This document shows, piece after piece, positions 42,726 through 53,724 of a stretch of 64,000 nucleotides of DNA (position 1 is its first letter; the number at the start of each line of letters is the position of its first letter). Both the position numbers and the translations under genes were made by a program. This DNA is from an uncultured Methanoregulaceae archaeon (lineage in GTDB: Archaea; Halobacteriota; Methanomicrobia; Methanomicrobiales; Methanospirillaceae). The stretch covers positions 1,632,001 through 1,696,000 of the forward strand of contig CAVTTL010000001.1 in NCBI GenBank assembly GCA_963737635.1, in the 5' to 3' direction. The notes beneath the pieces were generated by a model. It did not search any database, had not been told where the DNA came from, and saw only the letters and a list, made by a program, of their open reading frames with translations.

Positions 42726-43091
42726 CTATCCGAGAACCTGTGAAAGTTTCGTTCTGAGTTCATCGAACGTGACTGGTTTCTGGAGAAATCCCAGGTTTGG
42801 ATCATTGAGTTTTTTCATCTCTTCCGGAACCGTCGGTGAAGCGGTAAAGAGTATCACCGGGATCTCCCGCATGTTGCATTCTGTCCGGAGACGTTTGAGA
42901 AAATCCCAGCCTGTGACCGGATACATCATGACATCGAGGAGGATTAACGCCGGGGGATCCGCCCGTACTGAGGTAAGGGCGTCCAGCCCGTTTGAGATGA
43001 GAACCGGCTTGTATCCGAGTTTCTTTAACAGGATACCCATCAGATCGAGGATAGGCTGTTCATCTTCAACTACGACAATTTTATAGGTCAT
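42726..43091 (-). CDS. response regulator receiver
   Basis: VVVEDE, ILLDVMM, LFTA, QKP. Confidence 0.9.
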   Translation of the reverse strand: MTYKIVVVEDEQPILDLMGILLKKLGYKPVLISNGLDALTSVRADPPALILLDVMMYPVTGWDFLKRLRTECNMREIPVILFTASPTVPEEMKKLNDPNLGFLQKPVTFDELRTKLSQVLG

Positions 43092-44875
43092 GGCAATTGG
43101 CCCTTGTCCGGTCGTTTTTTCGGGATATGGATAATAAACGTGCTCCCGATGTTCGCGATACTGTCGACACTGATATATCCTCCATGGAGCTGGACATATT
43201 TCTTGGCAATGGCAAGCGATACGCCGGGCCCCCCCGATGTTTGCCGGGCGGCACCCTCATCGCCGGGTTTGAAGATCGCATCGAGCTGGGCCTCAGTGAT
43301 ACCTACCCCGTTATCCTGGATCGCAAGCCGGTGGAAGGGATGAGACGGCGAATCGCGGTACGTGATCCAGACCTTTTTTGGGGGTTTGGAATAACTCACG
43401 CCGTTTGCCACAAGCACGTCGAGAACATACGACAGTTTCTGGCGATCTGCTTCAAAGAGGAGGTCTTTAGGAATATCGATTGCAATCTCTGCTTTAAGGG
43501 CGTATCCCCCATTTGCAATGACTGAATCGATCATGCCTGACGCAGGAAAAACGGCATAGTCAAGGACGGTATCCTCTTCTTCAAGTATCGACAGTTCGAG
43601 CATCTGATTGATGATCTGGCGTTCCCGGTCCACGCTTTTTGCACACCGGTCGAGGATCTGCCATGTTTCGTCAGTCACGCCGAAAGAATGAGGGTCCTGG
43701 AGAAGCAGGTTGAGATATCCGAGCACCGGCTGGAGGGGAGTCCTGAGATCGTGGGCGACCGTGCGGATCATTTCGCGCCGCCGTTCCCTGGTCTGTTCTA
43801 CCCGTTCCCGGTATTCTTCCCATTCGGTATTATCCACGATATTAACGAGCCCGGCAGGCCGGTTGTTCCGGGTAATGGGGGTGAAATAAAGGACCGCCCG
43901 CCGGATCTCTCCCTTTTTGGTAATAAACCGGAACTCAGCGCGGTCCGGGACCGGTACCGGTGATTCCCACCGGCTGGTAAACACCTTGAACGGTTCCTTG
44001 TCTTCGTCGAGGACGCTGTCTGCAATATCCCTGCCTACGCATTCTTCCATGCTGTAACCGGAGAATGCGGAAAAGGCCGGGTTGGCAAAAAGGATTTTCG
44101 TGCGATCCGTGATCACGATGCCGGTGGGGGAACTCTCGGTCACCTGGCGGTTCTGGGCCGAACTGTCTGCTGCCAGTTCCCGGGCGAGCTTCTCAGCGTT
44201 GATATCGGTAATCGAACAGCTTACGATGGTATCATCGATCCGGTTCCAGGAAAGGTTGACCCAGTGCGGTTCTCCTGTCTTTGTGGCAAAACAGGTCTCG
44301 AAATTCTTGATATCCTCACCGGATCCCAGGTGCTCGAAAAAACGGCGCTGCAGATCGCGCGAAGAGAACAGGTCGGAAAATGCCATGTGACTGAGTTCTT
44401 CCACGTCATAGCCGAGCATCGTTGCCACCTGCTGGTTGGCAAGACGTATGGTGAACGTGTTTTTGTCAAAAAGGATTATGCCAAGCAGGGAGTTTTCAAA
44501 AATACCGCGGTACCGGGCCTCGGAGACCCGGATCAGGTTCGTAAAGTAGCCGACGGCAAGCGCGACGCAGATAAAAAGGATCGCCTGGCCGGTAGATGAC
44601 CAGAGCGCAAGTGCATCCGGATAAAGCGAGAAATACACCAGGCATTCATAAATAACCCCGCAAATGCCGGAAAGAATGATCCCGCGTTTGGGATAGAAAT
44701 AGGTCGCGTAGAGAATAGGGAAATAGAAAAGCTGGGGATAGATAGCCCCGGCATTCTTGGCAAGACCGATCGCGGTGATCAGGATGGAAGAAAGGGTCAG
44801 TGAGGCAATGACCGTTGAGCGCACAAAATCTGTGTGAGAGATCTGGTATCCCCGGATAGTAATGTACCTCTCCAT
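43088..44875 (-). CDS. membrane PAS histidine kinase
   Basis: TM region, two PAS domains, VAHDLRTPL, QDNGVG. Confidence 0.88.
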   Translation of the reverse strand: MERYITIRGYQISHTDFVRSTVIASLTLSSILITAIGLAKNAGAIYPQLFYFPILYATYFYPKRGIILSGICGVIYECLVYFSLYPDALALWSSTGQAILFICVALAVGYFTNLIRVSEARYRGIFENSLLGIILFDKNTFTIRLANQQVATMLGYDVEELSHMAFSDLFSSRDLQRRFFEHLGSGEDIKNFETCFATKTGEPHWVNLSWNRIDDTIVSCSITDINAEKLARELAADSSAQNRQVTESSPTGIVITDRTKILFANPAFSAFSGYSMEECVGRDIADSVLDEDKEPFKVFTSRWESPVPVPDRAEFRFITKKGEIRRAVLYFTPITRNNRPAGLVNIVDNTEWEEYRERVEQTRERRREMIRTVAHDLRTPLQPVLGYLNLLLQDPHSFGVTDETWQILDRCAKSVDRERQIINQMLELSILEEEDTVLDYAVFPASGMIDSVIANGGYALKAEIAIDIPKDLLFEADRQKLSYVLDVLVANGVSYSKPPKKVWITYRDSPSHPFHRLAIQDNGVGITEAQLDAIFKPGDEGAARQTSGGPGVSLAIAKKYVQLHGGYISVDSIANIGSTFIIHIPKKRPDKGQLP

Positions 44876-44970
44876 GATTACTTTGAATTTAACGTGCTCG
44901 TACCCTATAAACCTGTCATTCATGGTTTCGGAGGAAAAATGGGCAGGGATCCGGGTCGTACTAAATGAGA

Positions 44971-46311
44971 TTACTTCAGGAGGGGTGAGAGTTTCCCGAT
45001 TACCCTGTTGACCTGAGCCACCGAGGTGCCGATATACGCATCGGGAGCGAGGAGAGCACCGAGATCGCTCCGGGAACAGTACCGGACAACCTCCGGATCT
45101 TCCCCAGGTACATCCGCAAGCGGCCGGCTTTCAGCGAGTGCCTGCATACTTGCCATCCTCACCCGTTCATGGGCGTCCTGCCGGTTCATGCCGCGCTTCG
45201 TGAGTTCGATCATCACCGATTCAGCCATATTGATACCGTGGAGAAACCCGAGATTGCGGCGGATTGCCGCACGGTTGATCTCCAGTTTGTCAAGTACCGT
45301 TGTCATAAGGCGGAGGCAGTGATCGGTAAGAATGGACGCTTCCGGAAAGAGTATCCGCTCACAGGAGGAGTTCGTGAGATCCCGCTCATCCCAGAGCGTA
45401 TTGTTGAGAAGCGCGGGTTCGACCGATGCCCTCACGATCCGGGCAAGACCGCATACCTGCTCTGATTTTATGGGATTACGTTTATGCGGCATCGTGGAGG
45501 AACCCACCTGGTGGGCACCAAATGCCTCCTCTACCTCACCAATCTCGGTGCGCTGGAGAGAACGGATCTCGATCCCGATCTTATCGAGCGTCGTTGCGAC
45601 GCCGGCAAGGAACATGAAATACTCTGCATACCGGTCCCGCGAGATCACCTGGTTTGAGACATCCACTGAGGAGAGGTGCAGCATCTGCATCATCGCCGCC
45701 TGGACCTCCATCCCCTGAGGGCCAAGCGCCGCCTGTGTTCCCACCGCGCCGGTCATCTGCCCGACCGCGACCCGGGGGCGCAGCTGTTCCAGGCGTTCAA
45801 TATGCCGGCCCACTTCGCTTGCCCAGATGGCAAACCGGAGGCCGTACGTGATCGGGACACCCTGTTGCCCGTGAGTACGACCCACGGCGACCAGCGTAAT
45901 CGTCTCCCCGGCCCGGCGTACCAGCACCCCAAGAAGGTTCCTGAGTTTTGCGTCGATAAGATCGAGCGTCTGGGCCAGCTGGAGACCGGTTGCCGTATCG
46001 AGAATATCGTTTGAGGTAGCGCCATAATGCACCCACCGGCCCGATTCCCCGCAGACTTCAGAGATCGCCTTTACGATCGCCATCATGTCGTGGCTGATCT
46101 CCATCTCGATCTCCTTTGCGCGGACAAGGGATGCCACAGACGCATTTCGCGCGATCTCCTCTGCAGCTGCCGCGGGGATCATGCCCTGTGCCGCCTCTGC
46201 CTGCGCCAGTGCTGCTTCGACAGAAACGACGCAGGCAAACCGGTTCTCCTCGCTCCAGACGGCTCGCATCTCCGGTGTCCCGTACCGGTACTCGATGGGG
46301 TGGACTGCCAT
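44971..46311 (-). CDS. purB: adenylosuccinate lyase
   Basis: HYGATSNDI, GRTHGQ, GSSTMPHKRNP. Confidence 0.96.
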   Translation of the reverse strand: MAVHPIEYRYGTPEMRAVWSEENRFACVVSVEAALAQAEAAQGMIPAAAAEEIARNASVASLVRAKEIEMEISHDMMAIVKAISEVCGESGRWVHYGATSNDILDTATGLQLAQTLDLIDAKLRNLLGVLVRRAGETITLVAVGRTHGQQGVPITYGLRFAIWASEVGRHIERLEQLRPRVAVGQMTGAVGTQAALGPQGMEVQAAMMQMLHLSSVDVSNQVISRDRYAEYFMFLAGVATTLDKIGIEIRSLQRTEIGEVEEAFGAHQVGSSTMPHKRNPIKSEQVCGLARIVRASVEPALLNNTLWDERDLTNSSCERILFPEASILTDHCLRLMTTVLDKLEINRAAIRRNLGFLHGINMAESVMIELTKRGMNRQDAHERVRMASMQALAESRPLADVPGEDPEVVRYCSRSDLGALLAPDAYIGTSVAQVNRVIGKLSPLLK

Positions 46312-46415
46312 GAGAACAGATGGGTTGTCCGGGAATATTAGATTTGAGCATTGCCGGGCAACTCACGTACCCTTCCGACGCTCATAATACCTCCCAGCAC
46401 ACACAGTACCCTGAA

Positions 46416-48422
46416 ATGGACTCCCTTGATGGGTTCTTCCCGTACGATGAGTACCGCCCGAACCAGCGCCAGATGCTGGAGTTTGCCGCAACGGTCGCCC
46501 GCGACGGCGGGATCGGTATGATCGATGCACCGACCGGCAGCGGGAAGTCGAGCGTGGTCGCCTCCCTGTTAGCCGAACGAAAGGGGCGGAAGATCGTGAT
46601 CGCCGTCCGCACGATCAGCCAGCTCTCCACCTTTGTCCGGGAACTCGAACTCATAAAAAAGAAACAGCCGGGACTCAAAACCGTCTACCTTGTCGGGAAG
46701 AAAAGCATCTGCCCCCTGGGTGGCGAGGGAGACGTGTACCGGCGCTGCGAAGGGGTCAAGACGTTCTCGTCTGCCCTCATGCGCGAGCGGGCCGAACGCG
46801 GCGCTCTTACTCCCATAAAAGATCCCTTTATTATCCAGCAGATCCGCAGGATGGACCGCGAGCACCCCCTCATCTGCCCTTATTTTATCGCAAGCAAGCA
46901 GTTTGTCACCGGTGACACCGGGGGCGTCAAGATGGTCCCGTCTGCCGCCGTGCGTTCGAAAGCCGACCGGGTGCTCGCCGAGCCGGTCCGGCCCCAGGAA
47001 CTGGGAGGTTTTTCCGGTGATATCTGCCCGTATGAGCTGGTCATGCATGCCGCAAAAAATGCTGATGTGATAATACTGAATTATCACCACCTCTTCGACC
47101 GCGAGATCCGCGACCAGCTGTATGCGAACCTCAACGTCGAGGATAAGGACGTGATGCTCCTCATTGACGAGGCTCACAACTGTGGCGACGTTATCCAGTC
47201 GGTCGAGAGCGTCGCACTCGCCCAGAAGGATCTCGAACAGGCGACCCGGGAACTCTCGGGGATGAAACGGCTCCATAAGGGGGCAGAGGCGGTGCAGCAT
47301 GTCCTTCCCCGGCTTACGGAGTTTATGGGGGGGCTCGCCAATTCGATCGAGCCTGAAGACTGGTTCGATCCCGGGATATTCGACCGGGCCATCGTCAAGG
47401 GCTCGCTGTGGAAGGATATGGGGGAGATCGTGGACGAACTCATGGGCCTTGCCGAAACGGTCCGGGATAGGAACCAGAAAGCCGGTGAGTTCCGCGAAAC
47501 CGCGATCGAACGGCTGACCGTATTTATGTACCGGCTCACAGAGTCTTCCCACAACCCGGCGTATCTTACCATCTACAAAAAAACCGAGGAAGGCATCATC
47601 CTCGAAGTAAGAAATATCGACCCTTCCGCCCCGCTCTCCGAGATCTGTTCGATTCATGCCTGCTGCATCATGATCTCGGGAACGCTCTCGCCGGTCGACA
47701 GTTTCCGGCGGCTGTATTTTAATGATGCAAAGGTTGCGACCCTTGCCCTGCCCAATTCCTTCCCCAAAGAGAACCGCCTCATCTGCTGTGCGACCGACAT
47801 AACCACGGCATACTCTCTCCGGCAAAACCGGGAGAACACGGAACGGATCGTGGACTATATCACCGCATTTGCCGCGCTGAAGAAAAACCGTGCCATCTAC
47901 TTCCCGAGTTACCAGATCCTTGAATCCTATGCAGCGCTTGCCTCGCCCCATATAAGCAGGCGCAAAGTCTACATCGAACCCCGGGATGCCGCAGGTGCCG
48001 GTGCCGCACTCAACGAATTCCTCTCGCTTCCCGCGCAGGGTGAGTCCGGGATCATGTTTGCCGTCTGCGGCGGGAAGTGGAGCGAGGGCCTTGATTACCG
48101 GGGAGAGATGCTCTCCGGGGCGATGGTAGTGGGCCTTCCCCTGGCGCCGTTTACCCGGGTCAGGAAGATGATCATCGAATATTTCCGGCACAAGTACGGT
48201 GAAGAAGGCGAGTTTCTCTGTTATACGCTCCCGGCGATCAACAGGGCTCTCCAGGCGCTGGGACGCGTGCTGCGTACTCCAGAGGATCGCGGCGTTCTTG
48301 TGATGGCAGAACGCAGGTTCCTTGAAAAGAGGGTGCGTCTGGCGCTCCCGGCATGGATCCAGGATGAGATGATCGAATGCGACGCCCAGAAGTTCCGCGA
48401 GGTCCTGAAACAATGGAAATAA
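46416..48422 (+). CDS. XPD/Rad3/DinG family Fe-S helicase
   Basis: APTGSGKS, Cys cluster (CP, C, CPY, CPY), DEAHN, SGTL, QALGRVLR. Confidence 0.9.
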   Translation: MDSLDGFFPYDEYRPNQRQMLEFAATVARDGGIGMIDAPTGSGKSSVVASLLAERKGRKIVIAVRTISQLSTFVRELELIKKKQPGLKTVYLVGKKSICPLGGEGDVYRRCEGVKTFSSALMRERAERGALTPIKDPFIIQQIRRMDREHPLICPYFIASKQFVTGDTGGVKMVPSAAVRSKADRVLAEPVRPQELGGFSGDICPYELVMHAAKNADVIILNYHHLFDREIRDQLYANLNVEDKDVMLLIDEAHNCGDVIQSVESVALAQKDLEQATRELSGMKRLHKGAEAVQHVLPRLTEFMGGLANSIEPEDWFDPGIFDRAIVKGSLWKDMGEIVDELMGLAETVRDRNQKAGEFRETAIERLTVFMYRLTESSHNPAYLTIYKKTEEGIILEVRNIDPSAPLSEICSIHACCIMISGTLSPVDSFRRLYFNDAKVATLALPNSFPKENRLICCATDITTAYSLRQNRENTERIVDYITAFAALKKNRAIYFPSYQILESYAALASPHISRRKVYIEPRDAAGAGAALNEFLSLPAQGESGIMFAVCGGKWSEGLDYRGEMLSGAMVVGLPLAPFTRVRKMIIEYFRHKYGEEGEFLCYTLPAINRALQALGRVLRTPEDRGVLVMAERRFLEKRVRLALPAWIQDEMIECDAQKFREVLKQWK

Positions 48423-48862
48423 CCGGCGGTTCGTGCAGGCTCGGGCTCTGGTATGTGCATGTGTGGTGGAGCGGTGACAAGGTCCACCGCGTCCGGTTTG
48501 CGCCGACCGGCATTCCCGGCCCTGTACCAGAACCGATCCTGCAATACTGCGCCGGCCGTCCGGTTGATTTATCGGCATTATCGACCGTTGCCTGCGAAGG
48601 AGACTCAGTTTCCTGCCGTATCTACGAGGCAGTCCGGGGAATACCCTACGGCAGCACCATGACCTATGGGGAGATTGCAGCGCTCGTAGGTACCTCTCCC
48701 CGTGCGGTGGGGCGTGCGATGGCGCGGAACCCGACGCCGCTTGTGGTTCCCTGCCACCGGGTGGTAGCAGCACACGGGATCGGCGGTTTCACGCCGGAAA
48801 TCGAGATCAAGGAGCATCTTCTTTCGATGGAAAAGAAAGGGAAAAAGAACGCGGGCCGGTGA
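48413..48862 (+). CDS. ogt: O6-methylguanine-DNA methyltransferase
   Basis: IPYGSTMTYGEIA, RAVG, PCHRVV. Confidence 0.9.
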   Translation: MEITGGSCRLGLWYVHVWWSGDKVHRVRFAPTGIPGPVPEPILQYCAGRPVDLSALSTVACEGDSVSCRIYEAVRGIPYGSTMTYGEIAALVGTSPRAVGRAMARNPTPLVVPCHRVVAAHGIGGFTPEIEIKEHLLSMEKKGKKNAGR

Positions 48863-48923
48863 GCGCCCTTTTTCGCAATCTCTAATTGCCATCCGGGAAA
48901 ACATAGGTTGGAGGAAAATCGCC

Positions 48924-49853
48924 ATGAAGATACTGGTGCTCGGGGCAGGTGCAGTTGGTTTATCCGTTGCTGCACAACTCTCCCGTGTCTGCGAGGTACA
49001 CGCGGTCAGCCGGAAGAAAAACGCTGACGCCATCAGTGCGAACGGCCTGCAGTTGACCGGTATCTGGGGAAACGAGACCTTCAGGTTCAGCGTTTCAGAG
49101 AGTGTACCGGCCGGCGCCCGGTACGATTACGTTTTCATAACCTCAAAATCCCGGGACACGGAGAACCTCTGTCGTGAATTCGCCCCCTTCATTGCGGGTA
49201 CCGAAACGATCAGCCTCCAGAACGGCATAGGAAACGAGGAGATCATCAGCCGGTATACCGACCGGGTCATCGGGGGCATGATCATTACCGGTTTTGAGTG
49301 GCGGGGAGAGGATAAGGTTCACGTATCGGTCGAAGCCGGACCGGCAAAACTCGGCCGTTTCCCGGCAGGACTCGACGAACCGGTGCAGAGGCTCCTGAAG
49401 ATCATGGCGGCAGCGGGGATCCCGGCGGAGGGGACCACGGACGTCCGGGCAGAGCTGTGGGGAAAGACCCTCTATAACTGCGCCCTCAACCCGCTTGGCG
49501 CCGTGATGGGAGTGCCGTATGGGGAGCTCGACCAGCCTGCGGCATGGCGGATCATTACCCCCATCGTCCGCGAGGGCTTTTCCGTCATCCACGCTGAAGG
49601 CATCCGTCTTTCGTGGGAATCAGCCGACCAGTATCTTACATTCCTCCATGATGTCCAGCTCCCGGCCACCGCCCGGCACCACTCTTCCATGCTCCAGGAC
49701 CTTGCCCGGGGCCGGCCTACCGAGATTGATGTTCTCAACGGCGCTATTGTGGCAAAAGGCGCCCAGCACGGTATCCCGACACCGGTGAATGCCTGTATCA
49801 CCGATCTGGTGAAATTCCGTGAAGCACTCATGGAGAAACGAGGCCCGCAATGA
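48924..49853 (+). CDS. panE: 2-dehydropantoate 2-reductase
   Basis: GAGAVG, LQNGIG, SSMLQDL...RPTEID.LNG. Confidence 0.9.
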   Translation: MKILVLGAGAVGLSVAAQLSRVCEVHAVSRKKNADAISANGLQLTGIWGNETFRFSVSESVPAGARYDYVFITSKSRDTENLCREFAPFIAGTETISLQNGIGNEEIISRYTDRVIGGMIITGFEWRGEDKVHVSVEAGPAKLGRFPAGLDEPVQRLLKIMAAAGIPAEGTTDVRAELWGKTLYNCALNPLGAVMGVPYGELDQPAAWRIITPIVREGFSVIHAEGIRLSWESADQYLTFLHDVQLPATARHHSSMLQDLARGRPTEIDVLNGAIVAKGAQHGIPTPVNACITDLVKFREALMEKRGPQ

Positions 49854-50467
49854 GATCCGCAATAGTGCTTGCAGGGGGGGAAGCCCGGCGGGCACAGGGC
49901 CAGGAAAAATACTTCTTCACGTATGAAGGGAAAACCTTCATCGAGCGACTCGTCGGCTCGCTCTCGGGAGTCGTTGACGAGATCGTCATTGTTGCCCGCA
50001 ACCAGACACAGTGCACCCGGTTCCGGACGATCAGCAACGTCACCTGTATCTGTGATATCCGCCAGGGAATGGGCCCCATAGGCGGCCTTCATGCCGGGTC
50101 CCTTGCAGCACACGGGGACCTCGTATTCGTATCTGCCTGCGATATGCCCTGTATCGATCCGGGGGTCGTCTCGTATCTCTTCGAGTCAATCGGTTCGTAC
50201 GACGCAGCAATCCCCCGGTGGAACGAGCGGATGGTTGAACCCCTGCATGCCGTTTACCGGAAGACTGCCCTTCTCGCGTATCTTGAAAGCCATACCTCCC
50301 TCTCGCTGCGGACCATGATCCAGACCCTGAATGCCCGCTATATACCGGTGGACGACCTCAGGGCATTGGACCCCGGCCTCAGGACGTTTACGAACATCAA
50401 CAAGCTTGAGGAACTCGAACACATCAAGCTCTTTTCCCAGAACGAACCCGGGGAACCCGTTCCCTGA
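49850..50467 (+). CDS. mobA: molybdenum cofactor guanylyltransferase
   Basis: VLAGGEARR, GPIGG, ACDMP, EPLHAVY, NIN. Confidence 0.9.
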   Translation: MRSAIVLAGGEARRAQGQEKYFFTYEGKTFIERLVGSLSGVVDEIVIVARNQTQCTRFRTISNVTCICDIRQGMGPIGGLHAGSLAAHGDLVFVSACDMPCIDPGVVSYLFESIGSYDAAIPRWNERMVEPLHAVYRKTALLAYLESHTSLSLRTMIQTLNARYIPVDDLRALDPGLRTFTNINKLEELEHIKLFSQNEPGEPVP

Positions 50468-50597
50468 AGCGATCTCACGTACCTGTTCTCCCCGCTGCTT
50501 TCCTGATGGAGCCCTCTAACATTATATGTATCAAAATCAACGATAGAATAATGAGTACCCCGTGACAGGTGCGGGTCATTGAGGAGAATGCGCATAT

Positions 50598-51455
50598 ATG
50601 GGACCAAAGTCACTTGACTGGGAGGCATGTCTTCGTCTCTTTATTGTGATCGCTGCAACGATCGGCGCGGTCCTTGGTACCATCTTCTCTCTCACACATG
50701 GCATCACTACCGTCTTTCAGTTTCTGTATATCCTTCCTATCATCTGTGTTGTCTATTTCTATCCCCGGCGTGCTGTCCTTTTTACCCTTTCCATCAGCGT
50801 CATCTATATCGGCCTTGTTTACCTTTTGGGATCCAGTAATCCGTTCCTTATTGCCGTTTCGACCGCATGGTTTGCCATCTTTATTACCCTCGCCGTTGTA
50901 GCGTCTTCCTTTGCAAACGGGCTTCTCGAAGAAAAAATACGGATCCGCAATATCATGGAGAATACGATAGAAGGTATCCTCTGTTTTGATCCGAGCATCT
51001 GGCGGATACGGGACGTCAACCAGAAATGCAGCCAATGGCTCTTATATTCCCGGAACGAATTGAAAGGAATTCCGGTGAGCACCATCTGGAACGACAAGAG
51101 TGCATACCAGCAGTTCCTGGCTGAGATAAAAGCAAAAAAAACCGGCGTGATATTCGAGTCCCTCTTCCGGCAGAAAACCGGCGGGGTCATCAGGGTCGTC
51201 ATCTCCCCTCTCTATATCACAAAAGAGATGGTTCTCTGCTCTGTTGTCAATGTAACCGATGCACGCATAGCCGATGAAGAGATACGACAGACCCTCGAGG
51301 ATCTTGAACGCCAGGTACGGGAACGGACCGCGCATCTCGAACAGATCAATGACGATCTGCGCAACGAGATCCTTGAGCGCCGCAAGCTTGAACGCACGCT
51401 TCTCTCCGGAGAACACAAAGACGAATCCGGCAAAGACAAGGAGAGACAACCATGA
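50598..51455 (+). CDS. membrane PAS-domain protein
   Basis: TM sensor, PAS, LERQVRERT coiled coil; no kinase core. Confidence 0.78.
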   Translation: MGPKSLDWEACLRLFIVIAATIGAVLGTIFSLTHGITTVFQFLYILPIICVVYFYPRRAVLFTLSISVIYIGLVYLLGSSNPFLIAVSTAWFAIFITLAVVASSFANGLLEEKIRIRNIMENTIEGILCFDPSIWRIRDVNQKCSQWLLYSRNELKGIPVSTIWNDKSAYQQFLAEIKAKKTGVIFESLFRQKTGGVIRVVISPLYITKEMVLCSVVNVTDARIADEEIRQTLEDLERQVRERTAHLEQINDDLRNEILERRKLERTLLSGEHKDESGKDKERQP

Positions 51456-52912
51456 CCGGCCAGATCTCCCCGGATAAAAGGAACCAGATTGTCTGGACCG
51501 CGATAATCATACTGACCGTTCTCGTCACCCTGTCTTCTACGCTCTATGCCCTCTCCCGTGGCATTTACGACGTTTTTCCGTTCGTCTATTTCCTCCCCAT
51601 CATCCTCTTTGTCTACCTGTACCCGAACAAGGGCGTCTATTTCTCTCTTGCCCTGAGTTCGGTCTATATCCTTCTCGTCTACGTGTACAGCGGCTTTAAT
51701 CCGCAGGACGTAGCGCTCTCCACCGCGTGGTTTGTGATTTTTGTTACTATCGGCGTCGTTACCTCATCGTTTGCGGAAGGGCTGCGCGAAGAAGAGCGCA
51801 AATACCGGGGGATGTTTGAGAACTCCCAGGCCGGCATATTCACCTTCGACCTGAATACCCTGCAGATCACCGAGTTAAACGCGAAATGTGCGCAGATGCT
51901 CAGGTACGATCGTTCAGAGCTTACCGGTGCGGCACTCTCGCGTATTATAACCGATGAAGGCAGCCGCGAGCGGTTTATCCGGCAGACCATGATGTCTGCG
52001 GAGACCGGGGATCTTGAACTGTTTTTCACGGCACGTGACGGTACAACCCGGCAGGTCCTGGTCTCTGCTTCAGTGACGCCGGGAAATATCATCACCTGCT
52101 CTGCGGTTGATATCACCGCCCGCAGACTGGCAGAACAGGTGATCGAGCGGGCCCGGGACGATCTGGAGCGAAGGGTCACGGAACGTACCGAGGAACTCCT
52201 CGGCGTCAACAAGGTACTCTCGGCAGAGATCGAGGAACGTAAACGGTTCGAGACGGCGATCCGTCTTGCCAACCACAAAATCACCACCCTCTCCGGTATC
52301 ACCCGCCACGATATCCTCAACCAGATAACGGCGATCGTGATGTATCTTGCGCTCATACGGGAGATGGAGACCGATCCCATGATCTCCGGGTACCTTGAAA
52401 AAATCGGGGGTATCACGAGCCTTATCCAGAAACAGATCCAGTTTACGCAGGACTACCAGCACATCGGTTCCGGGGAGCCCAAGTGGCACGAGATCGATGC
52501 AGTGATCGGCAAAATTGCCGCCGGGGTCAAACAAAAAGATGTGGTGATCGATCGAAAGGTCGGCAATCTGGCCATTTTCGCCGATGCAGGTCTGCCAAAG
52601 GTCTTTGTCAACCTGATCGAGAATGCACTGACGCATGGCAAACACGTCACCCTCATCCGGTTCTCGTATTACGAGACGGAGAACGATCTGGTACTCTGCT
52701 GCGAGGATAACGGGGTTGGTGTCCCCGAAGATTCAAAAAAGCTGATATTCAAGCGGGAATATTTCCGGAATACCGGATACGGGCTGTTCCTGATCGTCGA
52801 GATTTTGAGTATTACCGGTCTTTCTATTACCGAGACTGGCACGCCCGGGGAGGGTGCCCGGTTCGAGATCCACGTCCCCAAAGGGAGCTACCGGTTCGGT
52901 AGCGATCATTGA
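51452..52912 (+). CDS. membrane PAS histidine kinase
   Basis: TRHDILNQI, NLIENA, DNGVG, TGYGLFL. Confidence 0.9.
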   Translation: MTGQISPDKRNQIVWTAIIILTVLVTLSSTLYALSRGIYDVFPFVYFLPIILFVYLYPNKGVYFSLALSSVYILLVYVYSGFNPQDVALSTAWFVIFVTIGVVTSSFAEGLREEERKYRGMFENSQAGIFTFDLNTLQITELNAKCAQMLRYDRSELTGAALSRIITDEGSRERFIRQTMMSAETGDLELFFTARDGTTRQVLVSASVTPGNIITCSAVDITARRLAEQVIERARDDLERRVTERTEELLGVNKVLSAEIEERKRFETAIRLANHKITTLSGITRHDILNQITAIVMYLALIREMETDPMISGYLEKIGGITSLIQKQIQFTQDYQHIGSGEPKWHEIDAVIGKIAAGVKQKDVVIDRKVGNLAIFADAGLPKVFVNLIENALTHGKHVTLIRFSYYETENDLVLCCEDNGVGVPEDSKKLIFKREYFRNTGYGLFLIVEILSITGLSITETGTPGEGARFEIHVPKGSYRFGSDH

Positions 52913-52959
52913 AGTGATATACAATCAGGGTCTGCGGATGAGCCCTTCCCGCCGGTTTA

Positions 52960-53724
52960 TCAGATATTCTTTTTCCTGCCGCTTGCGTCCCGGGAGTAGT
53001 GCCCGAACTCGCTCTTCTTGAGCAGCTCCCCGGAAAAGACCGGGCCGTCCCGGCAGACCCTCAACCCCTCCGGGTCGATACAGCAGGAGCCGCAGATCCC
53101 GACCCCGCATTTCATGTACCGGTGGAGCGAGAACTCCGTTTTCGCCGCTAACCCGGGACCGTCGATCTTGGCGAGGACTGCCCTCATCATCGGCTCCGGC
53201 CCGCAGACGGCTATCCGGTCATACGCGGCAATGCCGATGTCTTTGAGGAGGTCGGTGACAAATCCGTGCTGGCCCAGCGACCCGTCATCTGTTGCAATGA
53301 TGACGTCGGTGCTTTCATCGAGTTGATCGACAAAGAGCAGTTCTTTCTCTGTCCGTGCGCCCAGAAGCATCGTCATGATGCAGTCCGACCGGGCGAGCGG
53401 CAGAAGAGGGGCTGCCCCGACTCCGCCAGCGATGGCGAGCATCTTTTCGCCGCGGGTAAAACCATTCCCGTAAGGTCCCCTGATACCCAGGGATGCACCG
53501 GGTACGAGGTCGAACATGGCACCGGTCGCATCGCCGGCGTTCTGGACGGTGATGCTGTTGGCTGAAGAAAGTGCCATGGGAATCTCGTCCACGCCGGGCA
53601 CCCATACCATGACAAACTGCCCGGGTTCAAAGGTGAACTCGTGGTCAACGTAGAACGTTTTTATCGAGGGCGTCTCTTTCTTGATCTCGGTGATGGAGAC
53701 CGGTACAGCCAGCTGGTCATTCAT
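52960..53724 (-). CDS. pyrK: dihydroorotate dehydrogenase electron transfer subunit
   Basis: PGQFVM, RGPYGNGF, CGPEPMM, MKCGVGICGSC. Confidence 0.93.
   Translation of the reverse strand: MNDQLAVPVSITEIKKETPSIKTFYVDHEFTFEPGQFVMVWVPGVDEIPMALSSANSITVQNAGDATGAMFDLVPGASLGIRGPYGNGFTRGEKMLAIAGGVGAAPLLPLARSDCIMTMLLGARTEKELLFVDQLDESTDVIIATDDGSLGQHGFVTDLLKDIGIAAYDRIAVCGPEPMMRAVLAKIDGPGLAAKTEFSLHRYMKCGVGICGSCCIDPEGLRVCRDGPVFSGELLKKSEFGHYSRDASGRKKNI

Noticed and set aside
46569-48773. 734-aa antisense ORF
   Set aside because: Shadow of the helicase and ogt genes in GC-rich DNA with no recognisable motifs.
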